64,000 nt of DNA from an uncultured Bacteroidales bacterium (GCA_964560225.1 CAZLLD010000005.1:5223-69222), one strand, 5' to 3'; numbered from the stretch's first letter, positions 10,349 through 20,634 are shown. Program-made: numbers and translations. Notes: generated by a model from the letters alone, not told the origin.

Positions 10349-11593
10349 ATGATCATTGAGATAAGAATACCTGCGGCGGGTGAATCAATAACCGAAGTTG
10401 CCATTGGAAACTGGCTGGTTGAAGATGGTGCTTTTGTTGAGAAAGACCAGGAAATTGCTGAAGTGGAAACCGACAAGGCAACACTGCCGCTGATTGCACC
10501 TGAACCGGGGAAAGTTCTCATTCGAATACGTGCCGGTGAAAAAGCCCGGATTGGTGATGTTGCCTGCACCATTGATACGGATCAAAAAGATACAGCTGCC
10601 TCCCGCTCCGTGAAGAGTCCGGAACAGCAATTATTAAGCGAAGACAGGCCGGTTGAATACCGGAAAGAATTTTTCCATGCTGAACAAAAAAACAAAGATC
10701 AGGTAAAGGCAACCCCTCTCGCCAGAAGCATGATGAACAAGCACCACCTGTCGGTGGATGACATCATTAACGGATTACGGAAAATAACACGAAGGGATGT
10801 GGAATTGGTGGTAAAAGGTCAGGTACCCGAAAAAACAGGTATACCGACTGAAGTTAGCAGGGGCAGACAAACCGAACGAATCCCCATGTCGCCGTTACGC
10901 AGAACAATCAGCAAAAGGCTTGTTGCCGTAAAAAACGAAACAGCCATGCTTACCACCTTCAATGAGGTGGACATGACGGCGGTGATGGAACTGCGCAAAA
11001 AATACCAGCCTCTTTTTCAGGAAAAGCACGGCATCAAACTGGGCCTGATGTCCTTTTTTATCAAAGCTGCTACAGAGGCATTGAAAATCTATCCCGGAGT
11101 GGGTTCGTTTATCGACGGGGATGACATCATTGTTCCGCGCTTCACGGATATTGCAGTGGCTGTGCAAACAGACAAGGGACTGATGGTGCCTGTAATCAGG
11201 GATACGCAAACACTGAACCTGGCTGAAATTGAAGCATCACTAGCCAACCTGGCAGATAAAGCCAGAAAATCAAAACTTACCATGGAAGAAATGACCGGTG
11301 GAACCTTTACAATAACCAACGGTGGTGTTTTCGGATCCATGTTGTCAACCCCTATCCTAAATCCTCCGCAATCAGCCATTCTGGGAATGCATAACATTGT
11401 GGAACGGCCAGTAGCCGTGAATGGAAAAGTCGAGATCAGGCCTGTCATGTATGTTGCCCTGTCCTATGATCATCGGGTGATTGACGGACGGGATTCAGTG
11501 GGTTTTCTTGTCAAAATCAAGGAGTTGATTGAATCACCGGCCGAAATAGCACCTGATGCTTCAGATTCGTTAAAAGTATTACTAGGACTGTGA
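10349..11593 (+). CDS. sucB: Dihydrolipoyllysine-residue succinyltransferase (E2o)
   Basis: 414 aa. Lipoyl motif [10 protein letters not shown] and catalytic C-terminal motif [12 protein letters not shown]. Confidence 0.92.
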   Translation: MIIEIRIPAAGESITEVAIGNWLVEDGAFVEKDQEIAEVETDKATLPLIAPEPGKVLIRIRAGEKARIGDVACTIDTDQKDTAASRSVKSPEQQLLSEDRPVEYRKEFFHAEQKNKDQVKATPLARSMMNKHHLSVDDIINGLRKITRRDVELVVKGQVPEKTGIPTEVSRGRQTERIPMSPLRRTISKRLVAVKNETAMLTTFNEVDMTAVMELRKKYQPLFQEKHGIKLGLMSFFIKAATEALKIYPGVGSFIDGDDIIVPRFTDIAVAVQTDKGLMVPVIRDTQTLNLAEIEASLANLADKARKSKLTMEEMTGGTFTITNGGVFGSMLSTPILNPPQSAILGMHNIVERPVAVNGKVEIRPVMYVALSYDHRVIDGRDSVGFLVKIKELIESPAEIAPDASDSLKVLLGL

Positions 11594-11692
11594 GATTGAA
11601 TAATGAACTGCTTCAGCTTTCTTTAAAATGAGAAGCCTTTGCCTAAAGCCAAGATTTGTCGTAAATTTACCCTGTGGCTTAATCAAACCGTT

Positions 11693-12919
11693 ATGAAACT
11701 CAAAACACTGCTTTATCTGACTTTGCTGTTGACGTTGATTTTCCTTTCAATCAGCTGTCATAATGATGATGAAGCAAGGATTGAACATGAACACCTGCAA
11801 TACATTGATAAATCGTTGAGCTACAGTTCAAACAGTATCAAGCTCATATTGTCCACAAAACTGGTTGAATTTCCCGAACTTGCTGATATCATTGACAAGG
11901 TTACATATGATGTTCAACTCTATAAAGTGAGGTACAAGACCAATTGCCATGACAGCTCTGTAATTGCGTCCGGTTTATTTTGCCTTCCGGTTTCGGAAGG
12001 GAAGTTTCCTGTCATCAGTTTTCAGAATGGCACCAATACCAGTCACGACCATGCGCCATCCATTGATATGCTTAACGAGAGTTACATGATGATTGAAGTT
12101 ATGGCAAGTTTGGGCTATGTTGTGCTAATAACCGACTACATCGGCTTTGGAAGTACTTCCGATATGGTTCATCCGTATTATCACCGGCAACCTACAGATC
12201 AGGCCGTGGCTGATCTGATCCGTGCATTCAATGAAGTAGAGTTGGAAAACCCTTCGCTTGCATCGGGTAACGATACGCTATACATGATGGGTTATTCACA
12301 GGGTGGTTGGGCCACCTTGTCGTCGTTCAGGGAAGTCGAAAGCGGTTATCCCGACATGTATGTCTCTGTTGTATCCTGTGGTGCGGGAGCTTATGACCTG
12401 CCGGCCATGTCGGAATACGTGATGGGCCTTGAAACCTTTCCGGGACCGCTTTACCTGCCCTATTTCATTTATTCGCACCAGGTTTACGGAAACATCCATG
12501 ATCCGCTCACCAAGTTCTTCAACAATGAATATGCGCAAAAAATTCCGGATTTGTTTGATGGAAGTTATGATAATGATGAAGTGAATTCGCAGCTTACCAA
12601 TTCGATACCCGACCTGATCACGGCAGATATGCTCAGCAACTACGCCACAGGTTCGGGGTTCAGTGAATTAAGAGAAGTGCTTTATGAAAACAGCATTTCA
12701 GGCTGGAATACGCAAACCCCATTAAGGCTCTATCATGGAACGATAGATGATAATGTGCCTCCCGGTCAGTCTTCGGACCTTTATGAAGATTTCATTGATG
12801 CCGGAACAAGTACTTCAACAATCCAGTATATCCCTCTTGATGGGTATACACACGGGACAGGATTATTGCCTTGGGGAGTTATGACAATTAATTGGTTCAA
12901 TTCAATCGAAAATTATTAG
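11693..12919 (+). CDS. Secreted lipoprotein, alpha/beta hydrolase of the secretory-lipase (LIP)-like type
   Basis: Internal start chosen at MKLKTLLYLTLLLTLIFLSISC, a lipoprotein signal with Cys. Nucleophile elbow GYSQGGWA. The track ORF starts at 11639. Confidence 0.55.
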   Translation: MKLKTLLYLTLLLTLIFLSISCHNDDEARIEHEHLQYIDKSLSYSSNSIKLILSTKLVEFPELADIIDKVTYDVQLYKVRYKTNCHDSSVIASGLFCLPVSEGKFPVISFQNGTNTSHDHAPSIDMLNESYMMIEVMASLGYVVLITDYIGFGSTSDMVHPYYHRQPTDQAVADLIRAFNEVELENPSLASGNDTLYMMGYSQGGWATLSSFREVESGYPDMYVSVVSCGAGAYDLPAMSEYVMGLETFPGPLYLPYFIYSHQVYGNIHDPLTKFFNNEYAQKIPDLFDGSYDNDEVNSQLTNSIPDLITADMLSNYATGSGFSELREVLYENSISGWNTQTPLRLYHGTIDDNVPPGQSSDLYEDFIDAGTSTSTIQYIPLDGYTHGTGLLPWGVMTINWFNSIENY

Positions 12920-12928
12920 CTACTTTGC

Positions 12929-13972
12929 ATGAGAAATATGTTACAGCAATATACCCATCGCAGGCTCAACATACTGACAGGTGAATGGGTTTTGGTTGCC
13001 CCGCACCGTACCAAAAGACCCTGGCAGGGGCATGAGGAAGAAAAACAACCGAAAAAGTCAGTTGAACACGATCCTTCATGTTACCTGTGCCCGAGCAATA
13101 CACGGGCCAATGGCACGGTCAATCCCGATTACAAGTCGACCTATATATTTGTAAATGATTTCAGCTCCCTGATCGATGTGATCCCTGATTTTGAAACCGG
13201 CGAAACAGGTCTTCTTGTTGGCCGCTCAGAAAGGGGTATTTGCAAGGTAGTCTGCTTTTCTCCGCGCCATGATCTTACGCTTGCTGAAATGAGTATGGAT
13301 GAACTTATGGTGGTGGTGAAGGCCTGGATGGAAGAATACAAAAACCTGGGATCACTCCCCTTCATCAATCATGTTCAGATATTTGAAAACAAAGGAGAGA
13401 TCATGGGCTGCAGCAACCCTCACCCGCACGGTCAGATATGGGCGCAGGAGACCATACCCGTGGAACCGGCAAAGGAACTGGATCAGCAACAGAAGTATCT
13501 TGCACAGCATAATTCGGTAATGTTACTTGATTATCTTCAGCTTGAGCTCAAGAGGAAAGAAAGGATCCTGTACGAAAATGACGGATTTGTTATTCTGGTT
13601 CCATTTTGGGCAGTGTGGCCCTATGAAGTAATGATTCTTCCCAAAAGGCATATTCAGCACATGTTGCAGTTCACTGACTCCGAAATAGCCTGGTTTGCTG
13701 ATGCGTTGAGCATAGCCACAGTGAAATACGACAATCTGTTCAATACGTCATTCCCTTATTCATCCGGGATTCACCAGGCTCCAACCGATGGCAAAATTCA
13801 TGAAGAGTGCCAGTTTCACATGCATTTCTACCCGCCTCTTCTCAGGTCGGCAACCGTGAAAAAATTTATGGTAGGGTATGAATTACTTGCCAATCCGCAA
13901 CGGGACATCACAGCGGAAACAAGCGCCTCAATTTTAAGGGATTTGCCATCTGTTCATTACAGCAGGAAGTGA
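12929..13972 (+). CDS. galT: Galactose-1-phosphate uridylyltransferase
   Basis: 347 aa. CYLCP zinc motif and active site NPHPHGQIWA. Confidence 0.9.
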   Translation: MRNMLQQYTHRRLNILTGEWVLVAPHRTKRPWQGHEEEKQPKKSVEHDPSCYLCPSNTRANGTVNPDYKSTYIFVNDFSSLIDVIPDFETGETGLLVGRSERGICKVVCFSPRHDLTLAEMSMDELMVVVKAWMEEYKNLGSLPFINHVQIFENKGEIMGCSNPHPHGQIWAQETIPVEPAKELDQQQKYLAQHNSVMLLDYLQLELKRKERILYENDGFVILVPFWAVWPYEVMILPKRHIQHMLQFTDSEIAWFADALSIATVKYDNLFNTSFPYSSGIHQAPTDGKIHEECQFHMHFYPPLLRSATVKKFMVGYELLANPQRDITAETSASILRDLPSVHYSRK

Positions 13973-13975
13973 AGT

Positions 13976-14692
13976 TTACAGGAAATTCCTGGTTACGAAT
14001 TCCTGAAATTTTTCTTTATACTGGTCACTCACAGGAATATAGATCTTCCCAAACACAATCCGGCTTCTCTCAATGGTATCTATTTTGGACAGGTTCACAA
14101 TAAAGGACCTGTGAATCCGCATGAATGTTTCAGCAGGAAGTTTGGCTTCCAGCTGTTTGAGCGACGTGAGTGAAAGGATGGGTTTTGTATCATTCTTTAC
14201 AAACACTTTCACATAATCCTTTAATCCTTCTATGTAAAGAATATCATTGAAATTAATTCTTCTTATTTTGTATTCAGATTTCAGAAACAAAAATTCACTG
14301 TTCGCCTCGATTTGAGTAGTATCGTCTTTTCTCTCAAGTCGGATCAGCCTGAGTGCTTTTTGCACAGCAATAAAAAATTCTTCATAGCTGAATGGTTTGA
14401 GCAGGTAGTCCACCACCTCGAGCTTGAAACCTTCAAGGGCATATTTTTCAAAGGCAGTGGTAAAGATCACCTTGGGGCCCTTTTTGATGCTACGAGCAAA
14501 TTCAATACCATTCAGATCGGGCATCTGAATATCTACAAATATGAGATCTATTGAGTTGTCTGCCATGAATTCCACCGCGTCCAGCGGATTATCAAATTTT
14601 CCAACCAGATCGAGCCCGGGTGTTTTCTCGATATACCCTGCCATCAACTGCAAGGCCAGGGGTTCGTCATCAATGGCAATTGTACTGATCAT
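13976..14692 (-). CDS. LytTR-family DNA-binding response regulator
   Basis: 238 aa. Receiver domain with DLIFVDIQMPDLNGIEF, and a C-terminal LytTR domain with ...ILYIEGLKDYVKV...FMRIHRSFIVN. Confidence 0.88.
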   Translation of the reverse strand: MISTIAIDDEPLALQLMAGYIEKTPGLDLVGKFDNPLDAVEFMADNSIDLIFVDIQMPDLNGIEFARSIKKGPKVIFTTAFEKYALEGFKLEVVDYLLKPFSYEEFFIAVQKALRLIRLERKDDTTQIEANSEFLFLKSEYKIRRINFNDILYIEGLKDYVKVFVKNDTKPILSLTSLKQLEAKLPAETFMRIHRSFIVNLSKIDTIERSRIVFGKIYIPVSDQYKEKFQEFVTRNFL

Positions 14693-14696
14693 GTGG

Positions 14697-15842
14697 TCAG
14701 GTTTTAGTCAGCATAATTTTTACAAGCACATGAAAGGATGATTCAGTTTGATTAATTGAAAACTCATGCTTTTCAGGGAAAAGAAGTTTCAGCCTTTTTC
14801 TTAGGTTTTCCAGTCCGATACCTGAATTGGAATCGCGTTTCTCATCCCCGTTTCTTACCATGCTGTTTGTACAACTGAAGTTAATCATTTCTTTTGAAAC
14901 CACCATTTCAATATCAATAAAAGATTTTTCACGGTAACTGATTCCATGTTTGAATGCATTTTCAATTATTGAAATAAACAGCAAAGGCGCAATGGCAATA
15001 TCCTCATATTCCGATGGAAATAAAACACTGAGTTTCACTTTTTCTGATATGCGCAACTTCATCAAATCGATATAATTATTCATGAATTCAATCTCGCTGC
15101 TCAGCCTGGTTTCACCTTCTTCCGATTCATAGAGCAGGTAGCGCATCATCCGTGATAACTTCAGAACGGCATTCTGGGAATCTTCTTTATTGATTTCAAT
15201 GAGGGAATAGATATTATTCAAAGTATTGAAAAAGAAATGCGGACTGATTTGATTTTTCAGGAAAGCCAGTTCAGAATTCAGTTTTTCTTTTTCCAGTTCT
15301 TTTTGCTTCTTTTCAATTTGAGAATGTTGTTCAAGAACTCTCAAACCCAAAGGAAATATTGTAAAGAATAATATATTGAATGTATAGTTATAAATATGCA
15401 TGGGTCCGTAGGGCAATCGCAACAAGTGTCTAGTAGCCGGAGGAGGCATGCGGTTATCGCGACTTTCATGCACTTCGCGCCGGTCTTGTTCACGAGGGCC
15501 ACTGTAATGCCGACGTTCAAAAGTCAGATTGCCTGCTATAATTAAAACAAAGTATAAAGTGACAGCCAGTAACAAGGCGGTCAGAAAGTAACTTATTCTT
15601 TTCTTTTTCAGAAACAAGCGCGGAATCAATACCAGAAAATTGCTATAAAAAACAATGGCATTAATGATGGTATTAATATAAAAACCCCAGATAAATCCAC
15701 GGGGCACATCCCATCTATAGAAAAAATACAGGGGAAGTCCAAGTATAATTGCCCATGCTGTCAGGTGCAACAGAACCTGCATCTTAATCCCCTGTATTTT
15801 AGCCATCCTGGCCATAAATTTATTCATATCTGAGTGCATCAA
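14697..15842 (-). CDS. LytS/YehU-type sensor histidine kinase
   Basis: 381 aa. N-terminal transmembrane helices, His_kinase motif ISPHFFFNTLNNI, and ATPase motifs ENAFKHG and GIGLENLRKRL. The annotated start overlaps the upstream permease by 23 nt; in-frame ATGs at 15827 and 15815 are alternative starts. Confidence 0.85.
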   Translation of the reverse strand: MMHSDMNKFMARMAKIQGIKMQVLLHLTAWAIILGLPLYFFYRWDVPRGFIWGFYINTIINAIVFYSNFLVLIPRLFLKKKRISYFLTALLLAVTLYFVLIIAGNLTFERRHYSGPREQDRREVHESRDNRMPPPATRHLLRLPYGPMHIYNYTFNILFFTIFPLGLRVLEQHSQIEKKQKELEKEKLNSELAFLKNQISPHFFFNTLNNIYSLIEINKEDSQNAVLKLSRMMRYLLYESEEGETRLSSEIEFMNNYIDLMKLRISEKVKLSVLFPSEYEDIAIAPLLFISIIENAFKHGISYREKSFIDIEMVVSKEMINFSCTNSMVRNGDEKRDSNSGIGLENLRKRLKLLFPEKHEFSINQTESSFHVLVKIMLTKT

Positions 15843-17040
15843 TCGGGTTCAGGTTGGCTGCTTTCCGTGCCGGATACCAGCCAAAAAATACTCCGATAAC
15901 AAAACATACAATGAACGAAAGTACGACAGCTTTAGTCTGAACATACGCTTGTGTATCCATGAGTGATCCTGCTCCTTTGGCGATCAAATATCCCAGCAAG
16001 ATACCTATAAGTCCTCCCAGTATGCTTAAAATAACTGATTCAACAAGGAATTGTTTAAGAATATCCTGACCGCGTCCACCAATTGACATACGCAATCCGA
16101 TTTCCCTGGTTCTTTCCGTCACAGAAACAAACATAATGTTCATAATGCCGATTCCTCCAACCAGCAATGATATACCGGCAATGGCGCCCAACAGGTATGT
16201 CATGATATCCGTGATCGATGACATAGTTTCCATCATCTCCGACTGGGACATAATTCTGAAGTCACTCTGATCAGAATCCTTCAGTTTGTGCTGTCGGCGC
16301 AGTATTTCTTCCATTTCGACAATGGCATCTGCAGATTTGCCTTCGTTAACTGCTGAAGCATATATTCCATTGATGTAATCAACAGCAGCAAGTCGTCGTT
16401 GCACTGTTGTGTATGGTGACAATATCAGGTCATCCTGATCTTGTCCCATACCGCTTTCTCCCTTATCTTCAAGCGTACCAATTACTATAAAAGGAATGTT
16501 TTTGATGCGGATATTAATTCCTACTGGGTCCACACCCTGACCAAATAGATTTTCGACAACAGTCTGACCCAGTATACAAACTTTTGACATGCTTTTGACT
16601 TCCTGGGAATTAAAAACCCTTCCGGTTTTGATATTGAGTTTGCGAATGCTCAGGTATTCCTCACTTACACCGTATATGGTGGTTTGAGTATTCTGATTGC
16701 CATAAATTACCTGACCACTTGCCCTAATTTCAGGTGAAACTGCTGACAAGCTGGCAGCTTCATTCTTAAGTGCCACCACATCACTCATTTTCAGAGCCAT
16801 TGAGCTGGAGCTTCCGAGACTGACTCCGCCACGGCGCTGAAAATTCGGCATTACCATGAGCATGTTGGTACCCATATTTGACATTTCCTGTTGCATACTT
16901 CGCTTTGAACCTTCTCCAAGTGCTAACATAGCGATCACAGAAGCCACGCCAATTATGATACCGAGCATGGTAAGTATGGCTCTCAACCGGTTTCTTACCA
17001 AAGCTCTTACTGCTATCTTTATTAAATTAGAAAAACTCAT
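15820..17040 (-). CDS. ABC transporter permease, MacB/FtsX type
   Basis: Start chosen at MSFSNLIKIAVRAL (17040), 10 nt after the ATPase gene stop. MacB_PCD-like periplasmic domain plus a C-terminal FtsX helix bundle (ERTREIGLRMSIG). Confidence 0.85.
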   Translation of the reverse strand: MSFSNLIKIAVRALVRNRLRAILTMLGIIIGVASVIAMLALGEGSKRSMQQEMSNMGTNMLMVMPNFQRRGGVSLGSSSSMALKMSDVVALKNEAASLSAVSPEIRASGQVIYGNQNTQTTIYGVSEEYLSIRKLNIKTGRVFNSQEVKSMSKVCILGQTVVENLFGQGVDPVGINIRIKNIPFIVIGTLEDKGESGMGQDQDDLILSPYTTVQRRLAAVDYINGIYASAVNEGKSADAIVEMEEILRRQHKLKDSDQSDFRIMSQSEMMETMSSITDIMTYLLGAIAGISLLVGGIGIMNIMFVSVTERTREIGLRMSIGGRGQDILKQFLVESVILSILGGLIGILLGYLIAKGAGSLMDTQAYVQTKAVVLSFIVCFVIGVFFGWYPARKAANLNPIDALRYE

Positions 17041-17050
17041 GTCATTGGAT

Positions 17051-17812
17051 TTACTTAATATCAAATTCTTCAATGTTTTCAACCGGCATGTTCTTAAGAA
17101 GTTCCTTGGCAAACATGCGATCAGTCACCACGTTTTCACGTTGAATAAGACCGTCACGGAATACTACGTTTCGCGTGGCAAACCTGGCGATATCGGGCTC
17201 ATGAGTAACGTAAACAATGGTTCTTCCCCGTTCGTTAAGGTCCTGAAACAATTCCATGATTTCGAAAGAGGTGCGCGTATCCAGGTTTCCGGTTGGCTCA
17301 TCAGCCAGGATCATCACCGGGTCATTCACCAGCGACCGGGCTATGGCCACCCTTTGTTGCTGTCCACCTGACAACTGGTTGGGCATGTGGTGCATGCGTT
17401 CAGCGAGTCCCACAGCCTCAAGCGCCCTAATTGCACGCTCTTTCCGCTCCTTTGATTTGACTTTTGAATTGTAAAAAAGAGGCAGCTCAACATTTTCCAA
17501 TGCAGTAGTTCGTGGCAAAAGGTTATATGCCTGAAAGACAAAGCCAAGTTTCTGATTTCTTAATCGGGCCAGTTGGTCTTTGGTCATTTTTCTGACATCA
17601 AAACCATCGAGCAGGTATTCTCCCTTTGTTGGTACATCAAGGCAACCCAAAATATTCAACATGGTTGATTTTCCTGATCCGCTCACACCCATCACGGCCA
17701 CAAACTCTCCCTCGGTAATACTCATATCAACTCCACGTAAGGCATGCACAGTTACCTCTCCAATATGATAGTCCTTTCTGAGTCCGGTTATCTTTATAAT
17801 TGTTTTATCCAT
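17051..17812 (-). CDS. ABC transporter ATP-binding protein (MacB/LolD type)
   Basis: 253 aa. Walker [10 protein letters not shown], signature [14 protein letters not shown], and Walker [12 protein letters not shown]. Confidence 0.92.
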   Translation of the reverse strand: MDKTIIKITGLRKDYHIGEVTVHALRGVDMSITEGEFVAVMGVSGSGKSTMLNILGCLDVPTKGEYLLDGFDVRKMTKDQLARLRNQKLGFVFQAYNLLPRTTALENVELPLFYNSKVKSKERKERAIRALEAVGLAERMHHMPNQLSGGQQQRVAIARSLVNDPVMILADEPTGNLDTRTSFEIMELFQDLNERGRTIVYVTHEPDIARFATRNVVFRDGLIQRENVVTDRMFAKELLKNMPVENIEEFDIK

Positions 17813-17846
17813 GATCCAGATTTTTATTACTTGTTAAACCCTATTA

Positions 17847-19184
17847 TCAGAAGGGGAATGGACCACCACGCCGGCCCTGGTTGGCACTTGAACTTTCCTT
17901 CTTTGAACCATCACTCATGGATACCACAACCTCATCACCTTCATTCAGACCTGATAAAATCTCAACATATGATCCGTTGTCAATACCAACCCTAATGGGT
18001 TTTGGCCTTAACCCTCCCTTTTCATCTTTAGTCCAGATCATTTTCATACCATCGGGCATTGAAGCTCCGAAGCCCCCCTGCGGAAAACCTGAGAATGAGC
18101 CGCCATTAGATCCCTGAACACCTGCAGGCGCACCTGCATTACCTGCATTACCTGCATTACCTGCACTACCAGCAGCACCTTGAGGTCTTTGACCTGAAAA
18201 ACCACCCTGCGGCATGGAACCTTCAGGCATATTCTTCATCATTTTTTGCATTTGCTTTTGCATGTATGCCATATCAGGTGTAAAGCGGGTGGCTTTACCG
18301 GCAAGCATGAGCACACTGTCTTTTTCTTCCACAAAAATTGTTGCACTGGCGGTCATACCCGGCATTAATTTCTTATCCGGATTCGGTGCTGTTAAAATAA
18401 CAGCATAAGTAACCACATTATTGGTAGTGGTTGGTTGTAACCTTACTTCAGAAACACTTCCATCGAATTTCATGTCGGAGTATGCATCTACTGAAAACTC
18501 AACACGCTGACCCTCATGCACCTTACCAATATCAGCCTCATCTACGCTGGTTTCAACTTCCATCTGTGTGAGATCGTTCACTATGGTAAACAATGTTGGT
18601 GTATTGAAGCTGGCGGCAACCGTCTGACCTTCTTCCACAGCCCGATTCAAAACTACTCCGTCAATGGGTGAAGTAATAGTAGCGTAATCCAGATTTGTCT
18701 TATTTCTTTCATGCGATTTCTGTGCATTTGTAAGAGAAGACTTTGCATTTGCATAATTATAAACAGCCTGATCATACTCGGCCTGTGCAATCAGTTTCTT
18801 TTCATACAATGCTTTGAGCCGTTTGTAAGTGGCCTCCTGATATGTCAGCTGTGCTTCAGCAAGTTTTAAACTTGACTCACTCTGCTCCCACTGGGCTTGC
18901 AATTGCTTTTTATCAAGCTGAGCCAATACCTGTCCTTTCTTTACATTCTGATTGAAATCCACATAGATTTTATCGATAATACCCGAAACCTGGGTACCAA
19001 CCTCAACTGAAGTCACCGCTTCAATAGTACCGGTAGCGGTAACCACATTGGAAATCTTTCCTTTTTCAACTTTTATTGTTTCAAAGGTATAGGCGGCATC
19101 TTTTTTTCCAAATGGTTTTATAACCAGTATTGCGACAACAACCACAACAACTACCGCGCTAATAATCAACACTTTCTTTTTCAT
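17847..19184 (-). CDS. Efflux periplasmic adaptor subunit (HlyD/MacA family) with an internal Gly/Asn/Gln-rich insert
   Basis: 445 aa. N-terminal anchor, coiled-coil hairpin, lipoyl and beta-barrel domains typical of membrane-fusion proteins. Low-complexity segment ...GGFSGQRPQGAAGSAGNAGNAGNAGAPAGVQGSNGGSFSGFPQGGFG.... Confidence 0.85.
   Translation of the reverse strand: MKKKVLIISAVVVVVVVAILVIKPFGKKDAAYTFETIKVEKGKISNVVTATGTIEAVTSVEVGTQVSGIIDKIYVDFNQNVKKGQVLAQLDKKQLQAQWEQSESSLKLAEAQLTYQEATYKRLKALYEKKLIAQAEYDQAVYNYANAKSSLTNAQKSHERNKTNLDYATITSPIDGVVLNRAVEEGQTVAASFNTPTLFTIVNDLTQMEVETSVDEADIGKVHEGQRVEFSVDAYSDMKFDGSVSEVRLQPTTTNNVVTYAVILTAPNPDKKLMPGMTASATIFVEEKDSVLMLAGKATRFTPDMAYMQKQMQKMMKNMPEGSMPQGGFSGQRPQGAAGSAGNAGNAGNAGAPAGVQGSNGGSFSGFPQGGFGASMPDGMKMIWTKDEKGGLRPKPIRVGIDNGSYVEILSGLNEGDEVVVSMSDGSKKESSSANQGRRGGPFPF
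18120..18178 (-). repeat. 9-bp tandem repeat (ACCTGCATT x3 plus degenerate flanking copies) encoding the GNAGNAGNAG tract
   Basis: Direct reading: acctgcatt at 18132, 18141 and 18150, then acctgcact and accagcagc. Confidence 0.8.
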
Positions 19185-19223
19185 GGTAATTAATTTATAC
19201 TATTTGATTTTCCCGAATACAAT

Positions 19224-20570
19224 TTATAAGGTCAATGGAATTCCTGAATAAAAGTCAAGAATTTTATAACTAAAGATCAGATTGAATTTTGACTGAAGTA
19301 ACCTGCTTTCGGCAGTAATCAGACTTGTTTTGGAAACCATATAATCAATGGAGCTGAGCATTCCCTGAAAATACTTCTCGTCTGAAATATCCGAAGACTC
19401 TTTGGTGGCCTGGTAATTCTCAAGATTTGCTGCATATTCTATTTGTGCAGAAATAACATCCTGGCAAGCCTGTTCTATATTTTTCCTCAACTGATTTTTT
19501 GTATCCAGTTCGCTTAATTCGGCATTCTGGTATCCAATTTTTGCAACTTCCACGCTGGTTTTAGCCTGTTTCCGCTGATAAATTGGTATTGACAGGGATA
19601 AGCCGGCACTGGGTCTCAGTGACTGATCAAGCTGGTTAAAATATCCTTCAAAAAGGTCTTCCTGGGCGAATGCATAGTTGGCTCCAGTACCCAGTCCGGC
19701 ACTGGCTGACAAACTAGGCAGAAGTCCTGCTCTGGCTGCTTTCTCGTCCAGCTGTGCCGATTCCTTATTGATGGCTGCACTTTTTATTTGAGGCTTGATG
19801 GCCAAAGCTGTATCATAAACAGATTGCACATCAGGCATTCGATTCTGATTAATGGTTACTTCCAGGTCGGGACGCACAATCTCAAAACTTTCAGTGACCG
19901 GCAATTCCATCAGCTGCATCAGATTCACCTTTGAAAGGGCAAGCTGACTGGTGGCATTGGCAAGAGTTAGTTTCTCATTGGCAAGCTGTGATTTCACCTG
20001 GGTATAATCAGCCTGCGAAATAGCTCCCAGTGACAGTCGTTCCTCTGCCAGTGTCAGCTGACCAGTTGTGGATTCAATCTGCTTTTCGGCGTTCTTTACC
20101 TGCTCCTCAGCATAAAGTACCTGCAAGAACGCATTGAGTATGTTAAGACTGATTGATTCCTTCGTAGCCTCCAGGCTCAGTTGGCCATTTTGCACATCAA
20201 GCTCTGCCTGTTTAACCTGGGTTTTCAGTCTGCCACCATTAAATACGGTAACTCCGCTGTTCAAAGAATAACTTGAACCGGTAGAACCTTTTAAAGGATT
20301 TATAGCCTCTGGATCTAATTGTGATATAGGTCTTGCCCAATTGAAATTCTGACTGGCAGAAGCACTTAAATTCGGCAGACGCGATGCCTTTGCCTGGTCA
20401 AGATATAGATCCAACGATTGATTATTCAGGTTGCTTTTCCTTACCTGTATGTTTTGCTCTAAAGCATGATTAATGCATGCTTCCAACGTCCAGGCCTGAT
20501 CCTGTTGGGCAGATATGCCTGAAAAGATGAACAACAAAACAAAAAATACCAAAACATTCATTTTATTCAT
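19224..20570 (-). CDS. TolC-family outer-membrane efflux protein
   Basis: Start chosen at MNKMNVLVFFVLLFIFSGISAQ (signal peptide). Two OEP repeats with long coiled-coil segments. First gene of the efflux cluster. The track ORF extends to 20693. Confidence 0.85.
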   Translation of the reverse strand: MNKMNVLVFFVLLFIFSGISAQQDQAWTLEACINHALEQNIQVRKSNLNNQSLDLYLDQAKASRLPNLSASASQNFNWARPISQLDPEAINPLKGSTGSSYSLNSGVTVFNGGRLKTQVKQAELDVQNGQLSLEATKESISLNILNAFLQVLYAEEQVKNAEKQIESTTGQLTLAEERLSLGAISQADYTQVKSQLANEKLTLANATSQLALSKVNLMQLMELPVTESFEIVRPDLEVTINQNRMPDVQSVYDTALAIKPQIKSAAINKESAQLDEKAARAGLLPSLSASAGLGTGANYAFAQEDLFEGYFNQLDQSLRPSAGLSLSIPIYQRKQAKTSVEVAKIGYQNAELSELDTKNQLRKNIEQACQDVISAQIEYAANLENYQATKESSDISDEKYFQGMLSSIDYMVSKTSLITAESRLLQSKFNLIFSYKILDFYSGIPLTL

Positions 20571-20591
20571 AACCTGTAAATATTTTGGGAT

Positions 20592-20634
20592 AAAGATAGA
20601 AGTTACATAATTTGAGGCAAACAAATATAGAAGT
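20592..20634 (-). promoter_or_regulatory. Candidate promoter/operator for the TolC cluster: a -7 box TATATTTG (20622-20629, minus strand) overlapped by one of two 12-nt direct repeats AAAnATAGAAGT (20592-20603 and 20623-20634)
   Basis: Direct reading. The repeat period is 31 nt. The -7 box matches the Bacteroidota TAnnTTTG consensus and lies 52 nt upstream of the ATG. Confidence 0.35.

Noticed and set aside
16856-17371. 171-aa plus-strand ORF spanning the junction of the ABC ATPase and permease genes.
   Set aside because: It is antisense to two strongly supported ABC genes, has no motif support, and is a shadow ORF. The same applies to 36680-37126, 7925-8383, 23706-24062 and 25632-25982.
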